Positions 18,204 through 27,068 of a DNA stretch of 64,000 nt are shown piece by piece. This DNA comes from Deltaproteobacteria bacterium. Its GTDB lineage: Bacteria; Desulfobacterota; DSM-4660; Desulfatiglandales; HGW-15. The notes beneath the pieces were generated by a model. It was not told the origin of the DNA, did no database searches, and saw only the letters and a program-made list of their open reading frames with translations. The position numbers and the translations under genes were made by a program. The stretch is taken from positions 701 to 64,700 of the forward strand of contig JAFDJA010000006.1 of the NCBI GenBank assembly GCA_019307745.1, written 5' to 3'. How positions within the stretch are numbered: position 1 is the first letter of the stretch; each line of letters starts with the position of its first letter.

Positions 18204-20477
18204 CTACAGTTCGATCCCAAGCTTATCCCATACGGATTCACCATCCTGAATTTCGGTGGCCTTCAAATGAGGATAAGTCGTAATAATAAAGTAAGCCAAC
18301 GGCAGAACCCCTAAAACAATGATGATGGTGTCAGGAAGAGCGCGAAAGGTCCCCAGCCAGACAACCGCCCCTTTCTCGAAGAACTCCGCACTTCGGGCCA
18401 TCCAGAGACCATCTTTAAAGGAGATCCACGCCTGCATGGCCCCGACCGGCAACAGGGTGGCAAAAGCCATAAGAAACAACCCTCCGTTGAGCCCCCAAAA
18501 CGATAGTTTCAGGATCCCGTCGTTCCAGTAGGCCTTTTCGACCAGGCCGCGCCAGGAGAACAAAAGCAGGGCGACGGAAAGCATACCGTAAGTACCAAAC
18601 ATGGCGGTGTGAGCGTGATGCATTGTTAAGTAAGTCCCGTGTTCATAGAAATTGATTATGGGAAGATTAATCAGGAAGCCAAAGATCCCGGCACCCAGAA
18701 AATTCCAGAAGGATGCGGCTACCAGAAAGTACATGGGCCACTTGTAACTGAACTCCCGGCCTTCTTTTTGGATATCTTTGTATTCCATTAATCCCCGAAC
18801 GACCAGGGTCAATAACGGAACTGGCTCCATGGAAGAGAATATAGCTCCCCACCCAACCCAGAAAGCCGCCCCTCCGAACCAGTAATAATGATGGGCGGTT
18901 CCTATGATACCGCTGATAAAGGTTATGGCTGCGGTAAAATAGGCTACCCGTAAGGCTGCCCTGGCTGTAGCCAGTCCCATGGTCACCATCAGCAAAGCAA
19001 TGACGGCTATACCAAAAAACTCAAAGATACTTTCCACCCACAGGTGAACCACAAACCATCGCCAGTAATCCGACATGGTCAGGTGGGAACCCTGGCCGTA
19101 AAAAAGTCCGAAGCCGAAAAAGGCCACAACCAGGACAGCGCTGAACACATAGAACCAGATTAAAGCGCTGAATTCATCCTTGTGGCTTTTTAGATGACTG
19201 CCCACGGCCCGGTACACGATTAATAGCCAGAAAATCAAGCCTACGAACAGAAGAATTTGCCAGATACGGCCTAATTCAAGAAATTCCCATCCTTGATGAC
19301 CCAACCAGAACCACCAATCACCCAGCAGTCCCTTGATTCCCAGAACCTCCCCCGTGAGGCTTCCCACCGCCACCAGGAGAACGGCAACGAAAAGGATTTT
19401 AACCAGAAGACCCTGTTTGGCGGGTTCTCTGCCTCCGATGATAGGCGCCAAATAAATGGCAGACGCCATCCAGGTGGTGGCAATCCAAAAAACCATCAGT
19501 TGCAAATGCCAGGTTTTTGCCCAGGTATAAGGAATGATTTTGGCCACAAAGGGAAACCAGAAAGTACCCGGATGGATGGTGTAATGGGCCAGCAACCCCC
19601 CGAAGATCGTCTGAAGCAGAAACAATAAAATGACCACAGCGAAGAATTTGGCTGCTTGAAACTGACTGGGGGTCAGGGGCATATCAATTAGTTTTTCGGA
19701 CAAGGCAACCCCCCTGGCTTCTCCATACCACATGCCATAACGGTGTATCCAGTAGACAAATAGACCCAGGACCACCAGTAATGCCAGGACCCCTGCAATG
19801 GAATAGAAGTAGGCGTGGGTGCTGGCGATGTTTCCTACTCTGCGGTCCGGGGGCCAATTGTTAGTATAAGTGTAATCTTTTTCCGGACGAAGGGTCGAGG
19901 ACACCCAGGCAGTCCAGAAGAAAAACCGTGAGATCTCAAGGCGCTGCTGCTCATCGGCAATGGTGTTTGGAAGAAAACCATAGCGCTGAAAGCCCTCTTT
20001 AAAGATTTTGTCCCAGTGCTGTTTAATCCTATTGAGACCTTCGACCTGGGCGGAGGTTAACGTAAGGGTATCTTTGGCGGCGTCATAGCGATTGGGTTTT
20101 ATCTCGTGTGTCGTTTTAACGTCGATAATTCCCTTTTGAAGGTTATCCAGGTCGTTATATGGTTTGCCATAGTCTCTTTTGGCGAAGAAATCACCCACCG
20201 CTTCTGCTATGATATGCAATGAAGCGGCGGAGAATTCCGGTCCTCTCTGGGAGCCGTGACCCCAGACAGCGCCTTGGTCCATGAGACCGTAACGTTGATA
20301 TACATCCTGGCCGGCCATGATATTCGATTTCTGGAAAAGAACCTTGCCTCCGGGATCAAGCACTTTCCCCGGATAAGGCGGAAGTTCTTTTTTCATGGCC
20401 ACTCCGCCACCCAGCAGAATGGCCATAGCCACAATAAAACAGATAATAGCAGCCCATTTGAGTGTGTTCAGTTTCAT
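18204..20477 (-). CDS. norZ: Nitric-oxide reductase, quinol-dependent single-subunit type (qNOR, NorZ/NorB large subunit)
   Basis: 757 aa. An N-terminal TM helix plus periplasmic extension (YQRYGLMDQGAVWGHGSQRGPEFSA) is fused to a 12-TM heme-copper oxidase core with conserved His ligands (HHYYW, HHAH). AGGAGG lies upstream. Confidence 0.9.
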   Translation of the reverse strand: MKLNTLKWAAIICFIVAMAILLGGGVAMKKELPPYPGKVLDPGGKVLFQKSNIMAGQDVYQRYGLMDQGAVWGHGSQRGPEFSAASLHIIAEAVGDFFAKRDYGKPYNDLDNLQKGIIDVKTTHEIKPNRYDAAKDTLTLTSAQVEGLNRIKQHWDKIFKEGFQRYGFLPNTIADEQQRLEISRFFFWTAWVSSTLRPEKDYTYTNNWPPDRRVGNIASTHAYFYSIAGVLALLVVLGLFVYWIHRYGMWYGEARGVALSEKLIDMPLTPSQFQAAKFFAVVILLFLLQTIFGGLLAHYTIHPGTFWFPFVAKIIPYTWAKTWHLQLMVFWIATTWMASAIYLAPIIGGREPAKQGLLVKILFVAVLLVAVGSLTGEVLGIKGLLGDWWFWLGHQGWEFLELGRIWQILLFVGLIFWLLIVYRAVGSHLKSHKDEFSALIWFYVFSAVLVVAFFGFGLFYGQGSHLTMSDYWRWFVVHLWVESIFEFFGIAVIALLMVTMGLATARAALRVAYFTAAITFISGIIGTAHHYYWFGGAAFWVGWGAIFSSMEPVPLLTLVVRGLMEYKDIQKEGREFSYKWPMYFLVAASFWNFLGAGIFGFLINLPIINFYEHGTYLTMHHAHTAMFGTYGMLSVALLLFSWRGLVEKAYWNDGILKLSFWGLNGGLFLMAFATLLPVGAMQAWISFKDGLWMARSAEFFEKGAVVWLGTFRALPDTIIIVLGVLPLAYFIITTYPHLKATEIQDGESVWDKLGIEL

Positions 20478-20549
20478 GTAATACCTCCTGCTTATTAAAG
20501 GTTAACAAGTGATATGTTCATGTATCTGTCGACTTCAAACCCAAAATGT

Positions 20550-20942
20550 TTACAATACCTGATCTACAGTGGTTTCTTTGAGCATTTTTTCAAACTGCTC
20601 CGATATGATTTTCCAGCGAATGTGCAGCCCGCAAGACCCGTCACAGGCATTAAGCCCCAGGAAGCATTTTTTAAAATCGTTAATGATCATAAAAAGATTA
20701 ACAATATCAAAAAGCTTGATTTGGGAAGCGGGCTTGGCCAGTGTAAAGCCGCCGTTCCTGCCCCGCATCGAAATTATTAAGCCATCCTGAACAAGCCTGT
20801 TTAAAATTTTCGATAGAAAATTTCGGGGGATATCCATTTCTTGGGCGATTGTTGCTGACAACACGGGTTTATGATCTTGCTGCTGAGCGAGATACCCCAT
20901 GGCTCTAATTGCGTAAATCGATGTTTGGCTGAGCATCGGCAT
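20550..20942 (-). CDS. Rrf2 family transcriptional regulator (NsrR-like, Fe-S type)
   Basis: Start chosen at MPMLSQTSIYAIRAMGYL (AAGGA upstream). It has a wHTH and three clustered Cys (CFLGLNACDGSC). It lies 72 nt upstream of qNOR on the same strand. Confidence 0.85.
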   Translation of the reverse strand: MPMLSQTSIYAIRAMGYLAQQQDHKPVLSATIAQEMDIPRNFLSKILNRLVQDGLIISMRGRNGGFTLAKPASQIKLFDIVNLFMIINDFKKCFLGLNACDGSCGLHIRWKIISEQFEKMLKETTVDQVL

Positions 20943-21274
20943 TGTTTTCCTTAATAAAAAATATTGGCATAAACCAATTATTGATAAGTTCATCCTTTTG
21001 TCAAGTTATTTTTTTAAAGTTTTGTATCGCGATCAAAGGCTTGGTCTTAAGCATTAAAATTGGTATAATATCCAAAGATTAAAGATATAATGATCCCATT
21101 AAAAAGCTAATCAAAACCCATGCCCTATTTTTTCTCCAAAGATCCCACAACACACATAGTGCAAGAGCTTTCACATCAATCACACTAAAATTAATTCTCG
21201 GGTATATATATTGGTATATACTATAACAAAAGATGATAAAAGGCTTTTGGGAATCAAATTTCATATATAACGAT

Positions 21275-21370
21275 GTTTAAACTTGACTTACATAAATACG
21301 ATTGGGTAATTTAATGTTTAATGTGTAAGGTTTGATGGTTTTTTTGATGTTTAACCAAGTTTTTGATGGA
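21275..21370 (+). repeat. Promoter/leader module, copy A (paralogous to 29721-29820)
   Basis: ~75% identity over ~70 nt with the 29.7-kb copy. Contains TTGACT-N18-TAATTT and a conserved TGTAAGGT block. Confidence 0.7.
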
Positions 21371-21388
21371 AAGGAATTATCAAAAAAC

Positions 21389-22963
21389 ATGAAAACAGAT
21401 AAGAATGTCAATAAAAAACTGGAGAAGCTGTTCAAGGGGATATCAAAAGAAATTCAAATATTTCTTTTTACCGATCCGGCTAAAAATGAATCCAATAATT
21501 CAGCGGCCAGATTGATCATTAGTATGATTATGGAGGCTGCACCTGATATCAAATTAGAGGAATTTAATCTGGAAGATCAATTGGCTCATAAATTCGATGT
21601 AAAAGATTCCCCGACTCTTCTTATTAATCCTGAACGATTCAACATTCGATGGGTGGGTGCGCCGGCCGGGGAAGAAATACGGAGTTTTATTGAAGCACTA
21701 AGAATGATTGGACTTAACAGAGTTGATCTGGGTGAACATTCAAAAAAAATCATTCAGTCCATTGAAGGTAAGTGTGATATAAAAATATTTACAAGTCCGA
21801 ATTGTCCATATTGCCCCATCCAGGCGATTAACGTCCTGAAAGCAGCTATTAACAAACCTGAACTCATTTCTCTTGAGATTATTGATGTCCTGGCTAATCC
21901 GGAAATTGCAGAGAAATACGGGGCATTCAGCGTTCCTCAGACCTTTGCTAATGAAAATCTTATAGCCCATGGGGCACAATCTGAAGAGCTTTTTATGATG
22001 TCACTGAAAACCATGGAAGAGCAGAGAATTTTTATCCCGGAAAGTGATGCAAAGGAAGTAAAAACAGATCTGGTCGTCATTGGCTGTGGCCCGGCTGGTA
22101 TGGCTGCCGGCATCTACGCTCAGCGGAGTGGCCTGAAAACGGTTATTATTGAGCGCAATATACCCGGGGGACAGGTGGCGATAACGCCGATTGTGGAAAA
22201 CTACCCGGGACTTACTCAGGTTGGAGGGAGAAACCTGGCAGAGATCATGGCGGCTCATGCACTTGAATATGTAAAAATATTTCCAGGTGAAGAGGTTATT
22301 CAGATTTATCCGGATGACCAAATTACAGTTTTGACCAACCGGAGAAAGTTTATCGCAAAAGCTGTACTTTTAGCCACAGGCGCCAAATATAGACACTTAA
22401 ATGTGGAAGGAGAACTCCAGTTTGCGGGAAGCGGAGTCAGCTATTGCAGTACGTGTGACGGCCCTTTATTCAAAGGGAAGAAGGTTATTGTAGTAGGCGG
22501 AGGTAACAGCGCAGTAACAGAGGCGTTGCATTTAAAAAATATAGGGGTTGATGTGACCATTATACATCGCCGGGATTCTTTTAGAGCTCAAGAACATCTT
22601 GTAAAAAACCTGTATGATAATAATGTTCCAATAATTTTCAATACAGAATTAAAAAAGATTGAGGGTTCAAATCATGTTGAAACGATTGAACTTTACAATA
22701 ATAAAAGAAAAAAAACTGCAAGGAAGCAGGTAGATGGTGTTTTTATATCTATTGGATATGAACCTGCTGTCGAGCTTGCGAATAAAACCGGTATCGAATT
22801 GACGGATGAAGGATATATCAAACACGATTCAAAACATCGAACAAATATTAAGGGTATTTATTCGGCCGGCGATGTAGAAGGCGGATACAAACAGATCGTT
22901 ATTGCAGCAGGTCTGGGAGCGGCGGCCGCAATGACAATATTTGAGGATCTGATCAATCCCTAA
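21389..22963 (+). CDS. AhpF-like fusion: PDO/glutaredoxin-like double thioredoxin-fold N-domain plus thioredoxin-disulfide reductase
   Basis: N-domain with CPYC (FTSPNCPYCP). C-domain with FAD GxGxxG (VIGCGPAGMAAG), redox CSTC, NAD(P) GGGNSA and a GD motif. The start is uncertain (ATG at 21389 chosen; the frame is open from TTG 21332). Confidence 0.8.
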   Translation: MKTDKNVNKKLEKLFKGISKEIQIFLFTDPAKNESNNSAARLIISMIMEAAPDIKLEEFNLEDQLAHKFDVKDSPTLLINPERFNIRWVGAPAGEEIRSFIEALRMIGLNRVDLGEHSKKIIQSIEGKCDIKIFTSPNCPYCPIQAINVLKAAINKPELISLEIIDVLANPEIAEKYGAFSVPQTFANENLIAHGAQSEELFMMSLKTMEEQRIFIPESDAKEVKTDLVVIGCGPAGMAAGIYAQRSGLKTVIIERNIPGGQVAITPIVENYPGLTQVGGRNLAEIMAAHALEYVKIFPGEEVIQIYPDDQITVLTNRRKFIAKAVLLATGAKYRHLNVEGELQFAGSGVSYCSTCDGPLFKGKKVIVVGGGNSAVTEALHLKNIGVDVTIIHRRDSFRAQEHLVKNLYDNNVPIIFNTELKKIEGSNHVETIELYNNKRKKTARKQVDGVFISIGYEPAVELANKTGIELTDEGYIKHDSKHRTNIKGIYSAGDVEGGYKQIVIAAGLGAAAAMTIFEDLINP

Positions 22964-23114
22964 TGAAAAAGAGTATGCCAAGTTTTTTAAAGACTCATTC
23001 AGTTTGTTGTTACCGATGCCTGCCTGGTAATGGTTAGTAATGGCGATGAGGAGATAACTCTCTACGGTTTTTATTGTTTTTTGGCTTTGAAAAATGTGGG
23101 AGGTGGTGGATTAC

Positions 23115-23699
23115 ATGAAAACTAGAATTCTTTTTTTTGTTGGAATAAACATAATAATAATATTTTTCAACATTTCAGTTTCAACAGCTGTTGAGGACAC
23201 CTATAAATTGGATCCAGTCCATTCCTCAATAGTTTTCCGCATTAAACATCTCGGAATCTCATATGTCTATGGCAGGTTTCACAGTCCTGAAGGCGTAATC
23301 AAATTTGATGAGGGCAATCCTTCCAACGGTTTTGTTGAAGTAACTGTTAAGGCATCAGATATTGATACAGAAAATGCAGACAGGGATAATCATTTACGCA
23401 GTGCCGATTTTTTCGATGTGGAGAAATTTCCCAGAATCTCTTTTAAAAGCAGAGATGTGAAGATGATTAAGGATGATCTGTATGAAGTTGCCGGAGATAT
23501 GGAACTCCATGGTGTCACGCGAAAAATACTGATTAATATTACTCGAACCGGCTCCGGAGAAGACCCCTGGGGAGGATTTCGTGTCGGTGCTGAAACAACA
23601 TTTACCATAAAAAGAAGTGATTATGGAATGACTGGCATGATGGGCATTGTTGGCGATAAAGTTGAACTTACCATCAGCATTGAAGCAGTGAAAAATTAG
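23115..23699 (+). CDS. YceI family (polyisoprenoid-binding) periplasmic protein
   Basis: Signal peptide followed by YKLDPVHSSIVFRIKHLGISYVYGRF, the YceI hallmark. GGAGGTGG lies upstream of the ATG at 23115. Confidence 0.85.
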   Translation: MKTRILFFVGINIIIIFFNISVSTAVEDTYKLDPVHSSIVFRIKHLGISYVYGRFHSPEGVIKFDEGNPSNGFVEVTVKASDIDTENADRDNHLRSADFFDVEKFPRISFKSRDVKMIKDDLYEVAGDMELHGVTRKILINITRTGSGEDPWGGFRVGAETTFTIKRSDYGMTGMMGIVGDKVELTISIEAVKN

Positions 23700-23708
23700 C
23701 CTTATAAG

Positions 23709-23737
23709 ATTAAGGGGTTAAAGTCGTAATCAAAAGG
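23709..23737 (+). repeat. 29-nt motif ATTAAGGGGTTAAAGTCGTAATCAAAAGG (copy of 29825-29853)
   Basis: 25 of 29 positions are identical with the motif immediately upstream of the methyltransferase start at 29861. Confidence 0.7.
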
Positions 23738-23865
23738 CTTGACCGCCGCATATTAACCGCAAGAGTCTACCCCCCCCGGACTTGCCCTTTTTCATACAGG
23801 CAGTTTACTATCTGCCTTGAATGATTAACTTATGGTCACAATATATTGATAGGAGGGACAGCGCC

Positions 23866-24378
23866 ATGTATTCCAAAACAGTTATGGATCATTTTAAAAG
23901 CCCCAGAAATGTAGGTACCATAGAAAATGCAGATGGTATTGGAGAAGTTGGCAATCCCCTTTGCGGAGATATGATGAGCATCTATCTAAAAGTAGAGAAT
24001 GACCGGATAGAAGATATTAAATTTCAGACTTTTGGATGCGGCGCGGCAATTGCTGTGTCCAGTATCCTCACTGAGATGGCAAAAGGCAAAAGTCTTAGTG
24101 AAGCCGGGAAGATATCCAACAAAGACGTGGCAAACGCGCTTGAAGGGCTTCCCAAAAATAAACTCCATTGCTCAAACCTGGGAGCTGATGCACTTAAGCT
24201 AGCCATAAAGGATTATGAAGACAAAAAGGCCGGCAAGGTCAGGGAAGAACCCATCAGGAAAGAAGGTCATGCGCATGACCATGGAGAAGGATGCTACTGT
24301 CCTTATTGTGATACTGAAATAACAGAAGGACTGCCATTCTGCAAGGCATGCCAGACAGACCTTACAGTGGAACACTGA
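23866..24378 (+). CDS. nifU: Fe-S cluster assembly scaffold, NifU/IscU N-terminal-domain type with C-terminal Cys4 tail
   Basis: MYSKTVMDHFKSPRNVG...GNPLCGD...FGCGAAIA...LHCS (three scaffold Cys). AGGAGGGA lies upstream. The tail is CYCPYC...CKAC. Confidence 0.85.
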   Translation: MYSKTVMDHFKSPRNVGTIENADGIGEVGNPLCGDMMSIYLKVENDRIEDIKFQTFGCGAAIAVSSILTEMAKGKSLSEAGKISNKDVANALEGLPKNKLHCSNLGADALKLAIKDYEDKKAGKVREEPIRKEGHAHDHGEGCYCPYCDTEITEGLPFCKACQTDLTVEH

Positions 24379-24404
24379 TCTATCAGATAAGGGAGGTGCT
24401 TCAA

Positions 24405-25571
24405 ATGACTATTATAAATCTTGACCATTTATCAGCCAACCAGCCCCTGCCTGAAGTTCAGGACGCAATGATAGAGGCACTGAAGAACAACTATGGCAAC
24501 CCTTCCAGCCAGCACACCATCGGAGACAAGGCTGCTGAAGCTTTGGGAATCGCCAGAGAATCAGTGGCCAGACTGATTAACAGCCCTCTGCCAAAGGAGA
24601 TTGTATTTACATCCAGCGGAACAGAATCTATCAATCACGCAATAAAAGGAGTGGCACTGGCCAAAGCGGAAAAAGGCAATCACATTGTTACTTCCAATAT
24701 AGAACACAATGCCGTACTCAGAAGCCTGCGCCGACTCAAGATGATGGACTACAGGGTGACCTCTGTACCGGTTGACGAATACGGCAGGGTAAATCCTGAT
24801 GATATCGCAAAGGCAATAACAGACAAGACAATACTTGTATCCATCATGCACTCCAACAATGAGATAGGCACTATGCAGCCCATCGAGGAGATTGCAAAGA
24901 TCACAAAAGAGAAGAAGATTGTTTTCCATACAGACGCTGTTGATTCAGTCGGCGTTATACCCGTTGATGTCCAGAAACTGGGAGTGGACCTTTTGAGCTT
25001 TGCTTCCAACACATTCTATGGCCCCTCAGGAGTCGGCGGTCTGTACGTAAAACGGGGGACCAGTATCTGGCCGCTGCTTGACGGCGGAGTTCAGGAGAAT
25101 AATAAAAGAGCAGGCACTGAAAACCTGGCAGGAATAATAGGGATGGGTGTTGCGGCAGAGTCTGCCATACTAAATATGGAAGAAAGGATATCCCACGTAA
25201 AAAATCTCAGAGATAAGCTTATCAAAATGTTTCCGGACTTTATTGATGAGTACTTCATTAACGGTCACCCTGAATACTGCCTTCCTAACCTTCTATCCGT
25301 ATCCATAAAGTATATTGAAGGTGAAAGCGTTGTGTTGATGCTGGATGAAGAAGGCATTGCAGTCTCCACAAGATCCGCATGCGCGGCAGGAGCTTTGCAG
25401 GCATCACATGTTCTCCTCTCCATAGGAAGGGAATTTGCGGATGCCCAGGGAACAATGGTAATTACATTTGGCTTTGAAAATACAGAGGTTGATATTTATA
25501 AATTCCTAACCGTGTTGAAAGAAGCTGTCAATACTTTAAGAGAGATTTCACCCCTTTATTCCAAAACATAA
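24405..25571 (+). CDS. nifS: Cysteine desulfurase (NifS/IscS class, PLP-dependent)
   Basis: 388 aa from MTIINLDHLSANQPL (GGGAGG upstream). PLP Lys is not identifiable by eye. Active-site loop STRSACAAG. Adjacent to the nifU-like gene. Confidence 0.9.
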   Translation: MTIINLDHLSANQPLPEVQDAMIEALKNNYGNPSSQHTIGDKAAEALGIARESVARLINSPLPKEIVFTSSGTESINHAIKGVALAKAEKGNHIVTSNIEHNAVLRSLRRLKMMDYRVTSVPVDEYGRVNPDDIAKAITDKTILVSIMHSNNEIGTMQPIEEIAKITKEKKIVFHTDAVDSVGVIPVDVQKLGVDLLSFASNTFYGPSGVGGLYVKRGTSIWPLLDGGVQENNKRAGTENLAGIIGMGVAAESAILNMEERISHVKNLRDKLIKMFPDFIDEYFINGHPEYCLPNLLSVSIKYIEGESVVLMLDEEGIAVSTRSACAAGALQASHVLLSIGREFADAQGTMVITFGFENTEVDIYKFLTVLKEAVNTLREISPLYSKT

Positions 25572-25614
25572 AATCAGCTTACATCCAGAATAAAAAACGG
25601 GGCGAAGGAATTTA

Positions 25615-25950
25615 TCACCCGTTTACAATGTTTTCCAGCTTCTGCTGCAGAGACTGCCGGGACATGGCGGCAACAGTAACATCTACTGCTTCGCCGTCTT
25701 TAAAAAATATAACTGTCGGAATGCTGCGTATACTATGCTTTTCAGCTGTTTTTGGATTATCATCCACATTCAGCTTGTATACTTTTACTTCGCCTTTATT
25801 CGCTTCGGCAAATGATTCCAGAGCCGGTGCCATAGTCACACAAGGGCCGCACCAGGGGGCCCAGAAATCCACAATAATAATTCCTTCCGCTTTCAGGACC
25901 TGGTCTTCAAACTGCGCGTCAGTAAGCTCAATAGTGTTTGTTCCATTCAT
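25615..25950 (-). CDS. trxA: Thioredoxin
   Basis: WCGPC active site with VDFWAPWCGPC context. 111 aa from MNGTNTIELTD, with AGGAG upstream. Confidence 0.9.
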   Translation of the reverse strand: MNGTNTIELTDAQFEDQVLKAEGIIIVDFWAPWCGPCVTMAPALESFAEANKGEVKVYKLNVDDNPKTAEKHSIRSIPTVIFFKDGEAVDVTVAAMSRQSLQQKLENIVNG

Positions 25951-26648
25951 GACGAAACTCCTGCAATTAAAAACGGGGCGTTGGTTGTTTGTCAAATTCT
26001 CCTTAACCTGGCTGTTTTACCGGACTGCCCACGATCCTTATTACAGATCACCAGACACTGTTCTTGACAACAATAATTGCATTTTATTACTATAAGCCAG
26101 TCCAGTTGATAAGATATGGTTTTTGGGGTAAAAAATATATGTAAAGTAAAATTGCATCCATGATAAAAAAAATACAGCATGTTGTGGATGGCATTGTCAA
26201 TAAAAATCAGATATGACAAGGACCTTGCGTTTTGATCCTGACTCGATTGCCATGACTACCGGATGTATAAAATGGCAGTCGGAAACAGGTCTCCACTGCT
26301 TTTTTTACGGATGTGACACAATAACCCACCTATAATCAGGATCAACATTATATACGTTTAATGCTTTATCTGAATCTTCCATAAACAATGTTGAAAGGTA
26401 TCAGGCCATTGGTGGAGCGGGATTTAACAGAAAATTGAGGGAAAGGGATCTGCAAATAAATTAATTAATAATCTAATGCTGATATATATTATTTAAAATT
26501 GTTTATCCCAAAACCTTAAAAACCTGCTATAATCCCCGAAATCTTATAATCCAGAAACCGATGATTCACACCTGAATCTTGCATAACAAATATTGGACTG
26601 TAACATAAAAAGCAATATATTTACCTTTAAAAGCAAAGAGATTAGGCT

Positions 26649-27068
26649 ATGAAAGACACAGAGAGTCCAGACAAAAAAACCTTTTCATGTGAAGAAAAAA
26701 CATTCGCATCAACGGTCCCACTGGTCCGAGATGAAATTCTCGATGCAAGCCTGACAAAGCTACACGGCTATTTAAAGGTCGTAACTCTTGATGAGGGAAG
26801 TAAAATTATCGAATTGAGTGAGGATGATATCACTATTGGCAGGACTAATGAATGTGAAATCCAGCTTCAGATGGAGGGTATTTCCCGCAAACACGCTCTC
26901 ATCAGCTTCCATAATGAAGAATATTATATAAAAGATCTCGACAGTAAAAATGGCATCTTCCTGAATGGTGTAAGAATCGCGAAATGCGTATTACGAAATA
27001 AAGATCAAATTGACATCGCCGGAGTTAAAATCATTTTTAATGAGGTGACTTCCCTAATAAGAATATGA
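26649..27068 (+). CDS. FHA domain-containing protein
   Basis: C-terminal ~90 aa match the FHA pattern (ITIGRTNECEIQL...ISRKHALI...YIKDLDSKNGIFLNG). Confidence 0.8.
   Translation: MKDTESPDKKTFSCEEKTFASTVPLVRDEILDASLTKLHGYLKVVTLDEGSKIIELSEDDITIGRTNECEIQLQMEGISRKHALISFHNEEYYIKDLDSKNGIFLNGVRIAKCVLRNKDQIDIAGVKIIFNEVTSLIRI

Noticed and set aside
26240-26310. Hairpin GCAGT-N15-ACTGC followed by T7 on the plus strand in the trxA-FHA intergenic region, a possible orphan terminator or sRNA 3' end
   Set aside because: The stem is only 5 bp, and no upstream promoter or plus-strand gene is evident. The evidence is too weak to call.
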